DNA of 64,000 nt from an uncultured Pseudomonadota bacterium (GTDB lineage: Bacteria > Myxococcota_A > Polyangia > Fen-1088). The position numbers and the translations under genes were made by a program. How positions within the stretch are numbered: the stretch's first letter is position 1; each line of letters opens with the position of its first letter. The stretch spans positions 288,001-352,000 of the forward strand of contig CAWKBC010000027.1 of NCBI GenBank assembly GCA_963847705.1. Direction: 5' to 3'. Below are positions 1 through 10,730 of the stretch, piece by piece. The notes beneath the pieces are model-generated. The model ran no database searches and had not been told where the DNA came from. It saw only the letters and a list, made by a program, of their open reading frames with translations.

Positions 1-312
1 GCGGTCGCCGATGCAGACGACGTCGTCGGTCAGGCCTTCGATGGTGAAGTTCTCGCCGAACTGTCCGGAGACGAAGTCGGCCCTCTTCAGCTGCTCTTCC
101 CAGTGGCGATACGACTCGATCTGGTAGACGAAGACGGCGCGTTGCTCGCCGCCGTGACCGGCCAGATCGCCTTGACCGTCGCCGTCCAGATGCAGCCGGC
201 CGACCCGGCAGCGGCCCGCCACGGGGTCCTTCCAGATCCCGGTGTGCACCGTGCGACCGTTCCAGGCGATGTCGCGCGGGAGACCCACGTTCACGGATAG
301 TAGGCGCGCCAT
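1..312 (-). CDS. MOSC-domain protein (YiiM-like), 3'-truncated by window edge
   Basis: Manual translation MARLLSVNVGLPRDIAWNGRTVHTGIWKDPV...GDLAGHGGEQRAVFVY...GQFGENFTIEG, a typical MOSC/YiiM N-terminus; absent from the ORF track. Confidence 0.85.
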   Translation of the reverse strand, partial: MARLLSVNVGLPRDIAWNGRTVHTGIWKDPVAGRCRVGRLHLDGDGQGDLAGHGGEQRAVFVYQIESYRHWEEQLKRADFVSGQFGENFTIEGLTDDVVCIGDR

Positions 313-379
313 GTTGCTTGGGCCGGCTGCTTCTTCAGTAAGGCCGAGGGGCCGCACCCGCAAGCGGTGGCGCTGGCGG

Positions 380-1330
380 TCACGTTCCCAGGCCCACCCC
401 GGTCCACCCTTCGGTGAGAGCCCACAACCTCTCGGCGGCGTCGGGATCCATCGCCCAGGGCCGCACGCCGCCGAGCTGGGTCGCGTCGGCGGCGACGGGG
501 GTCGCGATGTCGGCGTCCTCGCAGTAGACGCCACCCATGCCGTCGAGCTGCGGGCTGGTCGCGCACCAGACGCTGGTGGCAGCGCCCTGTTCGGTCGTCT
601 TGTAGGTCGTGCCGGCCAGGCGCGCGCGGAGGGCCTGCAGCTCCTCGGCGGCGATCGAACGCACCAGATCGGTCATGACGGCGCCCGGGTGGACGGCGAA
701 GGCGCGGATGCGCCGCGGCTCGCCCCGCGCGTCCAGGGCCAGGGCGAAGAGGGCGTTGGCGGTCTTCGACTGTCCGTAGGCGACCCACTTGTCGTAGGGG
801 CGCCGTTCGAACTGCGGGTCGTCGAAGTCGATGCCGGCGCGGCTGTGCCCGCGGGACGACAGCGCCACCACGCGGGCGCCCCCGGCCGCCCGCAAGGCCG
901 GCCAGAGGCGCGCCGTCAGCTGGAAGTGGCCGATGTGGTTGGTGGCCAGCTGCGACTCGAACCCGCGCGCGTCGCGCGCCAGCGGAGGCGCCATGATCCC
1001 GGCGTTGTTCACCAGCATGTGCAGCGGCCGGTCCGAGGCGATGAAGCGCGCTGCAAACGCGTCGATGGAGGCGGGGTCGAGCAGATCGAGCCGGTCGACC
1101 TCGACGCGCGCCAGCCCGGCCACCGCTGCGCGCGCCGGCTCCAGGGCCCGCGCGCCCACGATCACCGTCGCGCCGGCCCCGGTCAGCGCGCGGGTGGTCT
1201 CGAGGCCGATCCCGGCGTGACCGCCGGTGACGAGGGCGAAGGCGCCGCTCAGGTCCCGGCCCCCGAGGGCCTGCCGGGCGGTGGTCTGTTCGCCGAAGCC
1301 CGAATGGATGGGTGCCTGAATGCTTCGCAT
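380..1330 (-). CDS. SDR family oxidoreductase (retinol dehydrogenase/WWOX-like)
   Basis: TGGHAGIG Rossmann motif, NNAGIM, catalytic YGQSK. Confidence 0.9.
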   Translation of the reverse strand: MRSIQAPIHSGFGEQTTARQALGGRDLSGAFALVTGGHAGIGLETTRALTGAGATVIVGARALEPARAAVAGLARVEVDRLDLLDPASIDAFAARFIASDRPLHMLVNNAGIMAPPLARDARGFESQLATNHIGHFQLTARLWPALRAAGGARVVALSSRGHSRAGIDFDDPQFERRPYDKWVAYGQSKTANALFALALDARGEPRRIRAFAVHPGAVMTDLVRSIAAEELQALRARLAGTTYKTTEQGAATSVWCATSPQLDGMGGVYCEDADIATPVAADATQLGGVRPWAMDPDAAERLWALTEGWTGVGLGT

Positions 1331-1420
1331 GCCTCGAAATCTAGTCGAGTCGGCGCGCCCGGCAACCAGCGCTCGCTGGCGGTTGGCGGTACGCCGTGGA
1401 ACGTTTGCCGCTAATCTTCG

Positions 1421-1993
1421 GTGATGCCTCCCAAGGATGGAGCTCCGGTCCCTCGACCGTCACTCTTCGCCGGGCGCGGCGTGGTCGGGACTATTGCCTG
1501 GGTCGCCTCGTCGGTGGTCGCCGTTGCGACCACGGTGATCGCGGCGAGGCAGGGGCGCGGATGGGGTGCGGCCCTGGCCGCCGTCGCGCTCGCCACCGGC
1601 TACCTGTTCATCCCCTGGATCAGGGCGGCCGGGGACCGGGCCAACGCCAGGCATCGCCGGCAACTGGAAGGGACGCTGACCGTCGACGAATGGGGCGTCA
1701 AGCGGGTCGGCAAAGACTTCCAGGAGGAGATCGCCTGGAAGGATCTGGCCTGGGTCCGCATCTACACGACCAGCGACGGGCCGGGCGCCGAAGACTTCTT
1801 CTTCGCGCTCGGAGGGGCCAGCGGAAAAGGGTGCCTGGTCCCCAACAGCCTCGCCACGACGTCAGGCCTTCTGGCGACGTTGCAGCAGCGTTTGCCCGGC
1901 CTCGACCATGCGGAGCTCGCCCGGGCGGCCGGCTCGGTGACCGAGGCCTGGTTCACCGTCTGGACGCGTGCGGAGGAGACGCCAGGGACGTAA
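1421..1993 (+). CDS. Hypothetical membrane protein (2 TM helices plus PH-like soluble domain)
   Basis: Two hydrophobic segments then a globular region; GC-rich codon pattern. Confidence 0.6.
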   Translation: MMPPKDGAPVPRPSLFAGRGVVGTIAWVASSVVAVATTVIAARQGRGWGAALAAVALATGYLFIPWIRAAGDRANARHRRQLEGTLTVDEWGVKRVGKDFQEEIAWKDLAWVRIYTTSDGPGAEDFFFALGGASGKGCLVPNSLATTSGLLATLQQRLPGLDHAELARAAGSVTEAWFTVWTRAEETPGT

Positions 1994-2079
1994 GCCGATC
2001 GAGCGGAGGTCCGCGGTGGCGTTCGCTTGCGCGGCGCCGTCCAACAGCGGTTGCCAGCAGGAACCGAGCTCTGGGCGCC

Positions 2080-3456
2080 TCAGCCTGCCGCGCGCAGGTG
2101 CCAGGCCTTGGGTTGCAAGAAGGCGCGGATGCCGTGGGTCGACAGCGTCGAGCCGACGCCCGAGTGGCCGCGGCCCGTCCAGGGGAGCCCCGGCGAGACG
2201 CGATCGCAGCAGTTCCAGTAAGCCGATCCTACGCGCACCTGTCGCAGCAAGCCCTGAGCGCGCGCGCGGCTCTTGGTGTAGACGGCCGCCGTGAGGCCGT
2301 ACTCGGTGTCGTTCATGAGGCGCACCGCCTCGTCGTCCGAGGCGACCGTCTGGATGCCGATGACGGGGCCGAAGCTCTCTTCGCGCATGAGCGCCATGTC
2401 GGAGGTGACGCCGGTGAGGACGGTCGGCTGGAACCACCAGCCCTTGCGGGTCTCGTCGCGGTGACCGCCCACCAGGACCTTGGCGCCCTTGGCGACGGCG
2501 TCGGCCACCTGCTGCTCGAGCACCTCGAGCTGCTGTCGCCGCGCCAGCGGGCCGATGTACGTCTTGAGGTCGAGCGGATCGCCGGCGATGAAGCCGCGCA
2601 CCGTTTCGAGGAAGGCGTCGATGAACGGGCGCGCCACCTTCTCGTGGACGTAGATGCGCTCGACCGAGCAGCAGCTCTGGCCGGCGTTGTACATGGCGCC
2701 GTCGGCGAGCGAGGCGGCGGCCGCCGCGACGTCGACGTCGTCGGCGACGTAGGCCGGATCCTTGCCTCCGAGCTCGAGCTGCACCTTCATCATGCGGCCC
2801 GCGGTCGCCTCGGCGATCTTCTTGCCCGTGCCGTAGCTGCCGGTGAAGAAGAGGCCGTCGATCGGCTGCGCCAGCAGCGCCGCGCCGACGGCGCCGCCGC
2901 CGACCAGCACCTGAAACACGTCGCGCGGCACGCCGGCCTGGTGCCACAGCTCGCCGAGCGCCAGCCCGGTGCGCGTGGTCAGCTCCGACGGCTTGTAGAG
3001 GACGGCGTTGCCCGTGAGGAGCGCCGGCACGAAGACGTTCGAGCCGACGAAGTAGGGATAGTTCCAGGCCGAGATGTTGGCGACCACGCCCAGCGGCTCC
3101 CAGCCGATGCGCTCCTCGGTTGCGCCGGCGCCGGCCGCCTGGACCACCTCGTCCTCGAGGACGCGCCCGGCGTTGGCCAGGAAGAAGTCGACCCGGCCGG
3201 CGAGGGCGTTGAGCTCGTTGAGCGCCTGCTGCAGCGGCTTGCCCATCTCCTCGGTGAGCGTGCGGGCCAGGCGATCCTTGTTCTCGGCGACGAGCGCGTT
3301 CCATTTCGCGACGGCACGGTGGCGCGTCTCGAAGGGGGTCGCCCACCAGCCGGGCTGCGCGGCGCGCGCCGCGGCGGCCTTCTGCGCGACGGTGGCGGCG
3401 GTGTCCTCGGGCACGTCGGCGATGACTTCGGTGGTGGCAGGGTTGACGATCTTCAT
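2080..3456 (-). CDS. Aldehyde dehydrogenase
   Basis: Starts MKIVNPATT; WNYP, FTGS, LELGGKD, catalytic Cys in NAGQSCC, EESFGP. Confidence 0.93.
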   Translation of the reverse strand: MKIVNPATTEVIADVPEDTAATVAQKAAAARAAQPGWWATPFETRHRAVAKWNALVAENKDRLARTLTEEMGKPLQQALNELNALAGRVDFFLANAGRVLEDEVVQAAGAGATEERIGWEPLGVVANISAWNYPYFVGSNVFVPALLTGNAVLYKPSELTTRTGLALGELWHQAGVPRDVFQVLVGGGAVGAALLAQPIDGLFFTGSYGTGKKIAEATAGRMMKVQLELGGKDPAYVADDVDVAAAAASLADGAMYNAGQSCCSVERIYVHEKVARPFIDAFLETVRGFIAGDPLDLKTYIGPLARRQQLEVLEQQVADAVAKGAKVLVGGHRDETRKGWWFQPTVLTGVTSDMALMREESFGPVIGIQTVASDDEAVRLMNDTEYGLTAAVYTKSRARAQGLLRQVRVGSAYWNCCDRVSPGLPWTGRGHSGVGSTLSTHGIRAFLQPKAWHLRAAG

Positions 3457-4238
3457 GGGGTCCTTCCGGAGGGTGAGGGAGATGCCGCGTCGACGGCCGA
3501 GAGAAAGGCGTCGAGCAGGGGGCGCGGACTCAGGAGTCCAGGCCCGGTTTGGTAGATGAACTCGGGGTGCCACTGCACGCCGTAGGCGAAGGCGCCCGTG
3601 CCGTCGTCGAGCCGCACCGCCTCGACGACGCCGTCGGGCACCGAGCGCGCCTCGACGATGAGCCCGCGCCCGAGGTGGTTGAGCCCCTGATGGTGGACGC
3701 TGTTGACGCGCGGTGGCCCCGCTGCGCCCGCGTACCAGCGCGCCAGCGCCGACCCCGGCTCGATGGCCAGCTCGTGGGCGTGCTGATCGTAGACGTCCCA
3801 GTTGCGGTGGACGCGCCGGCCGGGGTGCAAGGTCTCGATGTCCTGAAAGAGCGTCCCGCCCAGGGTGACGTTGAGGACCTGTGCGCCCCGGCAGACGCCG
3901 AGGAGCGGCTTCTTGCGCGCCAGAAAAGCCCGCACCAGCTGCATCTCGTACTGGTCGCGCCTGGCGTCGCCCGACCACTCCGGGCGGGCCGGCTCCTCGC
4001 CGTAGTGCTCGGGGGCCATGTCCGAGCCCCCCTGCAGGACCAGGCCGTCGACGCTGTCGACGAGATCCTCGATGGTGACCGCGGAGGCCGGGCGCGGCAG
4101 CATCACCGGCAGGGCGCCGCCCGACATGATCCAGGCCAGCATCGACTCCTCGGCGTAGAGGAGCGTCTTGCCCTTGAAGATGGCCCGCTGCGGATCGGCG
4201 TGGAAGAAGCAGGCCGAGACGCCGATGCGCGGCTTCAT
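3453..4238 (-). CDS. Gamma-glutamyl-amide hydrolase (PuuD-like, peptidase C26)
   Basis: GVCRGAQ nucleophile, VNSVHHQG, GVQWHPE triad. Confidence 0.9.
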   Translation of the reverse strand: MKPRIGVSACFFHADPQRAIFKGKTLLYAEESMLAWIMSGGALPVMLPRPASAVTIEDLVDSVDGLVLQGGSDMAPEHYGEEPARPEWSGDARRDQYEMQLVRAFLARKKPLLGVCRGAQVLNVTLGGTLFQDIETLHPGRRVHRNWDVYDQHAHELAIEPGSALARWYAGAAGPPRVNSVHHQGLNHLGRGLIVEARSVPDGVVEAVRLDDGTGAFAYGVQWHPEFIYQTGPGLLSPRPLLDAFLSAVDAASPSPSGRTP

Positions 4239-4278
4239 GGGAGCTGGCCCGGGAGCTGGCTCGCGGTTTCGCCCGCCA

Positions 4279-5470
4279 TCATCCGAGCGCCTCCTCGAAG
4301 AGCTTGCGGAAGTCCTGCGCCGTCACCGGCTGGCGCGGCCCGAAGGTGTGGCAGACGTCGGCCAGCGCGTTGTCGACCAGGGCCGCCACCTGCGCGTCGG
4401 TGACGCCCACGTCCCGCAGCGAGCGCGGGATGCCGAGCTCGCCGCGGAAGGCGTCGAGCCAGGCGATGAAACCGTCGGCCGTCGCGTCCTTGGCGCCCAC
4501 GGTCGCCGCCATGGTCGCCATCTTGGCGGCGCTGACCGGCTTGTTGAAGCGCATGCCGGCGACGATCATGATGCCGTTGGCCAGGCCGTGGTGCAGGTCC
4601 GCCACCGTGGAGAGCGAGTGCGCGCAGGAGTGCACCAGGCCCAGGTCCTTCTGGAAGGCCACCGCGCCCATCATGGCGGCGCAGAGCATCTCGCCGCGCG
4701 CGTCGACGTGGGATGGATCGGCGAGCGCGGCGCTGTCGCCCGCCTCGACCCGCTTGGCGAAGGCGACGGCACGCGGCAGCGAGCGCGCGATGAGCCGCAG
4801 CCCCTCGAGCGCGATGCCGTCGCACATCGGGTGGAACATCGGATGGAGGTAGCTCTCGACGCAGTGGGTGAGGGCGTCCATGCCGGTCGCGGCCGTCACC
4901 TTCGACGGCAGCGACAGCGTCAGCTCGGGGTCGAGGAAGACGCGCTTGGCCAGCAGCTTGGGGGAGAAGACGATCTTCTTCTGGTGGGTGACGTCGTCGG
5001 AGACCACCGCGCTGCGCCCGACCTCGCTGCCCGTGCCCGCCGTGGTCGGCACCGTGAAGATGGGCGGCACCTCGAGATCGATGGGGCGCGGTTTGGGCAA
5101 AAACGCGTCGTACTCGAGCAGCCTGCCGGGATGCTTGGCCAGCACGGCGACGCACTTGGCGACGTCGAGCGCCGCGCCGCCGCCGATGGCCACGATGCCG
5201 TCGGCGCGGTGGGCCTGGTAGGCGACGGCGCCGGCTTCGGCCTGCGAGGCGGTCGGGTTGCCCCAGATGCCGCCGAAGACCTCCACCGCCAGGCCGGCGT
5301 CGGCCAGGGCGCGCGCCGGACCGGTCACCGGCGGCAAGCTCACCGATCCCCTTGTCGGTGACGATGAGCGGCCGCGCCACCCCGAACTCGCGCAGCGTCT
5401 CGGCGAGCAGGGCCACGGCGCCGGGGCCGTACTTGATGGGCGTGGGGAAGTTGAACTGGACGATCGACAT
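4279..5470 (-). CDS. Iron-containing alcohol dehydrogenase with +1 frameshift at ~5343
   Basis: N-term MSIVQFNFPTPIKYGPGA...TDKGI in one frame; [30 protein letters not shown] in another; span 1192 = 3n+1. Confidence 0.85.
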
Positions 5471-5514
5471 GAGGAGGCTCCGCTTCAGGTGAGGGTGCAG
5501 GGACAGGTGATCGA

Positions 5515-6900
5515 CTAGATAATCTCGAAGTAGCGCTCCAGCTCCCAGGATGTCACGGCGGTCTGGGACTGGCGCCACTCCCACAGGCGCGTCGCCGCGA
5601 AGTGCTCGACGAAGGGCGCGCCGAAGATCTCGCGCGCCGCCGCCGAGGCCGCGAAGCGGGTGGCCGCCTCGTGCAGGTTGGCGGGCAGCTTGACGGCCGC
5701 CTCGTCGGCGTAGCCGTTGCCTGCCACCGGGCCGGCGGGCAGCTCCAGCTGGTGCTCGATGCCGTAGAGGCCGCTGCCGAGCGCCGCCGCCAGCGCCAGG
5801 TAGGGGTTGACGTCGGAGCCCGAGACGCGCGTCTCGAGGCGGGTGGACCTGGCGCTGGCCGGGATCACCCGGAAGGCCGTGGTGCGGTTGTCGACGCCCC
5901 AGTTGGCGCGCGTGGGGGCCCAGGCGCCCTCCACCAGGCGCTTGTAGCTGTTGACGGTGGGCGCGAACATCGGCAGCAGCTCCGGCAGGAGGCGCACCTG
6001 CCCGGCCAGGTAGTGACGGAAGGTCGCGCTCATCTTGTGGGGAGCGGCGCCGTCATAGAAGACGTTGTCGCCGGCGCCGTTCCAGAGCGACTGGTGAATG
6101 TGGCCCGAGCAGCCGGGGAGCTTCTCGTTCCACTTGGCCATGAAGCTCGGCATGATCCCGAACCGGTGGCCGATCTCCTTGGCCGACGTCTTGAAGAGGA
6201 CGGCGCGGTCGCCGGCCTCCAGCGCGTCGCCGTAGAGCAGCGCCGCCTCGTAGACGCCGGGTCCCGTCTCCGTGTGCAGCCCCTCGATGGGGACGCCGAA
6301 GGCGCTGAGCTCGTCCATGAGCGCGTTCATGAAGGGGCGGTTCTGTCCGGCGCGCAGGATCGAGTAGCCGAACATGCCGGGCGTGAGCGGCTCGGGGCGG
6401 ATGTAGCCCTTGTCGCGCCACGACTGCGGCGTCTCGCGGAAGTTGAACCACTCGAACTCCATGCCGCAGGCGGGCCGCAGCCCCTTGGTGGCGGCGCGCG
6501 CGACCATCGCCTTCAGGAGCTGGCGCGGGCAGATGGGGAGCGGCGTCGTGCCGTCGGCCTCGACGAACTCGCCCAGGAAGAAGGCGACGTCCCCGTCCCA
6601 GGGGACCCGGCGGTAGGTCGACAGGTCGAGGCGCACGGGCGCATCGGGGTAGCCGGTGTGCCAGCCGGTGTAGCGGACGTCGTCGTAGCAGACGTCGCTC
6701 GAGTCCCAGCCCAGCACCACGTTGCAGAAGCCGAGGCCGCCCTTCACGGCGGAGAAGAACTTCTCCTTGGCCAGGTACTTGCCGCGCAGGATGCCGTCGG
6801 TGTCGGTGACGGCGATCTTGACCTTCACCTGCGGGTCGCGCCGGATCTCCTCGAGCACGTCGGCCGGGGATTTCACCGCGTCACCGTCGGAGGATGGCAT
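5515..6900 (-). CDS. Glutamine synthetase-like gamma-glutamylamide synthetase (PuuA/GlnA4 type)
   Basis: DTDGILRGK, GMEFEWF, HTETGPGVYE, GCSGHIHQS, NSYKRL, DNRT, ETRVSGSDVNPY. Confidence 0.9.
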   Translation of the reverse strand: MPSSDGDAVKSPADVLEEIRRDPQVKVKIAVTDTDGILRGKYLAKEKFFSAVKGGLGFCNVVLGWDSSDVCYDDVRYTGWHTGYPDAPVRLDLSTYRRVPWDGDVAFFLGEFVEADGTTPLPICPRQLLKAMVARAATKGLRPACGMEFEWFNFRETPQSWRDKGYIRPEPLTPGMFGYSILRAGQNRPFMNALMDELSAFGVPIEGLHTETGPGVYEAALLYGDALEAGDRAVLFKTSAKEIGHRFGIMPSFMAKWNEKLPGCSGHIHQSLWNGAGDNVFYDGAAPHKMSATFRHYLAGQVRLLPELLPMFAPTVNSYKRLVEGAWAPTRANWGVDNRTTAFRVIPASARSTRLETRVSGSDVNPYLALAAALGSGLYGIEHQLELPAGPVAGNGYADEAAVKLPANLHEAATRFAASAAAREIFGAPFVEHFAATRLWEWRQSQTAVTSWELERYFEII

Positions 6901-7004
6901 GTTTGGATCGAAACACGCCGGGGTCGGAAAGCCAAGCGACACTCGTGTTTCGTCGGCGCCGGCCGGCCGCGCCGGTGAGTCAGCTCGGCCGGCCGCGCCG
7001 TCGG

Positions 7005-8051
7005 TCAGAACGCGGCGTCGAGCGTCACCTCGCCGACCACGCCCACCTGGTAGGCGGAGACCCGGCGCTCGAAGAAGTTGGCGACCTCCTGCACGTCCTG
7101 AAGATCCATGAAGGCGAGGGGGTTCCGCACGCCGTACTGCTTGGGCAGGCCCAGCGTCGCCAGGCGCTGATCGGCGCAGAACTCGAGGTACTGCCGGACC
7201 TCGCCGATCGAGAGGCCCACGACCCCCTTGCCCAGCAGATCCTCGGCGAACTGCGTCTCGCAGGCCACGGCGTCGTCGAACATCTCGGCCACGGCGCGCC
7301 GCATGTCCGGGTCGAACAGATCGGCCTCTTCGCTGCGGATGGTCCTGGCCACCTCGAAGGCGAACGCCATGTGGGCGCTCTCGTCGCGGAAGACCCAGTT
7401 GGTCCCGCCCGCCAGCCCGTGCAAGAGGCCGCGGGAGCGCAGGAAGTAGACGTAGGCAAAGGCCCCGAAGAAGAAGAGCCCCTCGACGCAGCCGGCGAAG
7501 CAGATCAGGTTGAGCAGGAACTGCTGGCGCTGGGCGCGCGTCTCCAGGCGGTTCAGGTCGGCGGTGGCGTCGAGCCAGCGGAGGCAGAAGTCCGCCTTCT
7601 TCCGGATCGAGGGGATGTTCTCCACGGCGGCGAAGGCGCGGTGGCGCTCCTCTGGATCGGGCACGTAGGTGTCGAGCAGGGTGAGATAGAACTGAACGTG
7701 CAGCGCCTCCTCGTAGAGCTGCCGCGAGAGGTACATCCGGGCCTCCGGCGCGTTGATGTGCCGGTAGAGGTTCAGCACCAGGTTGTTGGCCACGATCGAG
7801 TCGCCGGTGGCGAAGAAGGCGACCAGGCGATGCACCAGGTGGCGCTCGGCGTCGGTCATCTTGGTCTGCAGATCGCTGACGTCCGTCGAGAAGTCGACCT
7901 CCTCGACCGTCCAGGTGTTCTTGATCGCGGCCCGGTACATCTCGAAGAAGCGCGGGTACGCCATCGGCCGCAGGGTGAGGCACAACCCCGGATCGAGCAG
8001 ACGCGCCGGTCGGCGCGTGGACGGAGCTGGGCTCGGCCCAGCGGAGTCCAT
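7005..8051 (-). CDS. nrdB: Class Ia ribonucleotide reductase beta subunit
   Basis: FFATGDSIV, EEALHVQFY (radical Tyr), VEGLFF, RDESAH diiron motifs, C-term NFFERRVSAY. Confidence 0.93.
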   Translation of the reverse strand: MDSAGPSPAPSTRRPARLLDPGLCLTLRPMAYPRFFEMYRAAIKNTWTVEEVDFSTDVSDLQTKMTDAERHLVHRLVAFFATGDSIVANNLVLNLYRHINAPEARMYLSRQLYEEALHVQFYLTLLDTYVPDPEERHRAFAAVENIPSIRKKADFCLRWLDATADLNRLETRAQRQQFLLNLICFAGCVEGLFFFGAFAYVYFLRSRGLLHGLAGGTNWVFRDESAHMAFAFEVARTIRSEEADLFDPDMRRAVAEMFDDAVACETQFAEDLLGKGVVGLSIGEVRQYLEFCADQRLATLGLPKQYGVRNPLAFMDLQDVQEVANFFERRVSAYQVGVVGEVTLDAAF

Positions 8052-8107
8052 CGCGGGAGGGTGCGGGAACCCTCCCAGGGTTCCCGCGGATGAATGTCCC
8101 ACGCCGC

Positions 8108-10567
8108 TCACTGGCAGGCCTCGCAGCTCTCGGGGTTCTCCAGCGAGCAGGTCACGGCGGCCGCGTCGGCGCTGGCCACTGTCGGCTCCGCGACGGTCGC
8201 CTTGGCGATCCGGGTCGCCGGTCGGGACCGCAGGTAGTACGTCGTCTTCAGCCCCTGCTTCCAGGCATGGAAGTACATCGACGACAGCTGCCCGATGTTC
8301 GGGCTCTCCGCGAAGAGGTTCAGCGACTGGCTCTGATCGATGAAGGCGCCGCGCTCGGCGGCCATGTCGATGAGCGAACGCATCGGGACCTCCCAGACGG
8401 TGCGGTAGATGGTCCGCAGCTCCTCCGGCAGCTCGGGCAGCGGCTGGACCGAGCCCTCGGCCATCTTGAGGCTGGCGCGCGTGCTCTCGGTCCAGAGGCC
8501 GAGCGGCTTCAGCTCGGCGACCAGGTAGCGGTTGACCTGCAGGAAGTCTCCCGACAGCGTCTCGCGCTTGAACAGGTTCGACACCTGCGGCTCGATGCAC
8601 TCGTAGCAGCCGGCGATCGAGGCGATGGTGGCGGTCGGCGCGACCGCCACCAGCAGCGAGTTGCGCAGGCCCACCTCACGCACCCGCGCCCGCAGCGCCT
8701 CCCAGCGCGATCCATCCGTCGGCGTGACGCCCCAGGCGTCGAACTGCAGCTCGCCGCGTGCGGCACGGGTTTCTTCGAAGGCGGGGTGGCGACCCCTGGC
8801 GACGGCGAGGTCCGCCGAGGCGCCGAGGGCGTGAAAGTAGATCTCCTCCGCGATCTGCCTCGACAGCGCCCGGGCCTCGGGCGCGTCGAAGGCCAGACGC
8901 AGCTGGAAGAAGACGTCCTGCAGCCCCATGACGCCCAGGCCCACCGGGCGCCAGCGGAGGTTCGAGACCTGCGTGCTGGGGATCGGGTAGTGGTTGAGGT
9001 CGATCACCTGATCGAGCTGCCGCACGGCGGTCCGAACGGTTCGCGCCAGCTTCTCGAAGTCGAACGAGAGGCCGCCCTCCGCCGAGCGGACCGTGTGCCG
9101 TCCGAGGTTGATCGACCCGAGGTTGCAGACCGCCGTCTCGCTGCCCGACGTCACCTCGATGATCTCGGTGCAGAGGTTGGAGAGGTGAACGGTCCGGCCG
9201 GGCAGGGCGGTCTGGTTGCAGGCGCGGTTCGACTTGTCCTTGAAGGTCATCCAGCCGTTGCCGGTCTGCGCGAGCGACCGCATCATCCGCGCGTAGAGCT
9301 CGCGCGCCTTGACGGTCTTCGCCGCGAGCCCAGCCGCCTCCGCCGCCGTGTAGGCGCGCTCGAACGCCTCGCCATAGAGGTCCGGAAAGGTCGGGACCAC
9401 CTTCGGATCGAACAGGCTCCAATCGGCGTCCGCCTCGATCCGCTTCATGAACAGATCGGGGATCCAGTTGGCGAGGTTGAGGTTGTGCGTGCGGCTCGCT
9501 TCGTCGCCGGTGTTCTCGCGCATGGCCAGGAAGTCCTCGACGTCGGCGTGCCACGGCTCGAGATAGACGCAGCAGGCGCCCTTGCGCTTGCCGCCCTGGT
9601 TCACGGCCGCCACCGAGGCGTCCAGCGTCTTCAGCCAGGGGACGATCCCGTTCGAGCTCCCGTTGGTGCTCTCGATGAGAGAGCCGCGCGAGCGCACCCG
9701 GTGGTAGGCGAGCCCGATGCCGCCGGAGAACTTGGAGAGCATCGCCGCATCGGCGTACTTCTGGTAGATGCCGGCCAGGTGATCCTCGGGTGAGTCGAGG
9801 AGAAAGCAGCTCGAGAGCTGCTCGTGGCGGGTCCCGGCGTTGAACATCGTCGGCGAGCTGGGCAGGTACTCGAGCGTCGAGAAGAGGCGATAGAGCTCCA
9901 GCGCCTCGGCGACGTTCTCCGACAGCGCGCAGGCGATGCGCAGGAAGAACTGCTGCGGCGTCTCGATGACCAGGCGGTTCTTCGGGTGCCGCAAGAGGTA
10001 GCGATCGTAGACGGTGCGAAGGCCGAAGTACTCGAACTCCCGGTCGCGCTCGACGGCGATCGTGTCGTTCAGCTTGCGCGCGTTGTTGGTGACGAAGGTG
10101 GCCAGGCGATCGTTGGCCAGCCCCAGCCTCTGCGCGGTGAGGACCGACTGCGAGAAGGCGTGGATCTCCTGACCGCGGACCTCCTTGTCGATGTAGGTCC
10201 CGAGGAGCCGCGCCGCCAGCTTGGCGTACTGTGGCTCCTCGAAGATGAGGCCCGCCGCCGTCTGGATCGAGAGCTGGTCGAGCTCGCGCGTGGTCGCCCC
10301 GTCGTAGAGGCCGCTGATGGTCTTGGTCGCGACCCGCAGCGCATCCACGTCGGTGAGACCGACGCAGGAGCGGCCGACCGCGCGGACGATCTTGTTCACG
10401 TCGACGGGCTCGGCCGAGCCGTTGCGCTTGCGAACCCGCATCGTCGTCTGCGGATAACCCTCCTCGGAGGGGGCGCGCGTCCGGGCGGGCGCGGCACCGC
10501 CGTTCTTGGTCGCATTGGTCGCCGTCGTCGGCGTGGTCGTTCCTTGGATCTCCGTCTCGGTCAGCAT
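8108..10567 (-). CDS. nrdA: Class Ia ribonucleotide reductase alpha subunit with ATP cone
   Basis: VRKRNG ATP cone, SSCFL, SNLCTEI, APTATIA, KTTYYLR, C-term CEACQ. Confidence 0.95.
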   Translation of the reverse strand: MLTETEIQGTTTPTTATNATKNGGAAPARTRAPSEEGYPQTTMRVRKRNGSAEPVDVNKIVRAVGRSCVGLTDVDALRVATKTISGLYDGATTRELDQLSIQTAAGLIFEEPQYAKLAARLLGTYIDKEVRGQEIHAFSQSVLTAQRLGLANDRLATFVTNNARKLNDTIAVERDREFEYFGLRTVYDRYLLRHPKNRLVIETPQQFFLRIACALSENVAEALELYRLFSTLEYLPSSPTMFNAGTRHEQLSSCFLLDSPEDHLAGIYQKYADAAMLSKFSGGIGLAYHRVRSRGSLIESTNGSSNGIVPWLKTLDASVAAVNQGGKRKGACCVYLEPWHADVEDFLAMRENTGDEASRTHNLNLANWIPDLFMKRIEADADWSLFDPKVVPTFPDLYGEAFERAYTAAEAAGLAAKTVKARELYARMMRSLAQTGNGWMTFKDKSNRACNQTALPGRTVHLSNLCTEIIEVTSGSETAVCNLGSINLGRHTVRSAEGGLSFDFEKLARTVRTAVRQLDQVIDLNHYPIPSTQVSNLRWRPVGLGVMGLQDVFFQLRLAFDAPEARALSRQIAEEIYFHALGASADLAVARGRHPAFEETRAARGELQFDAWGVTPTDGSRWEALRARVREVGLRNSLLVAVAPTATIASIAGCYECIEPQVSNLFKRETLSGDFLQVNRYLVAELKPLGLWTESTRASLKMAEGSVQPLPELPEELRTIYRTVWEVPMRSLIDMAAERGAFIDQSQSLNLFAESPNIGQLSSMYFHAWKQGLKTTYYLRSRPATRIAKATVAEPTVASADAAAVTCSLENPESCEACQ

Positions 10568-10730
10568 CGGTCTCTCCTCGTCTCGCCCCCTCGGGCGTGA
10601 AGGACGCCGCGCAGCAGGACGGGAGAACCGGGAGAGCGCTGCCACGAACGACGGCTGGCGCCGGCACGGACCCACCCGCCTCCCGCGAGGCTCCAGGTCG
10701 AACCGCCGCCGGATTTCTCCCGGCGCCGGA

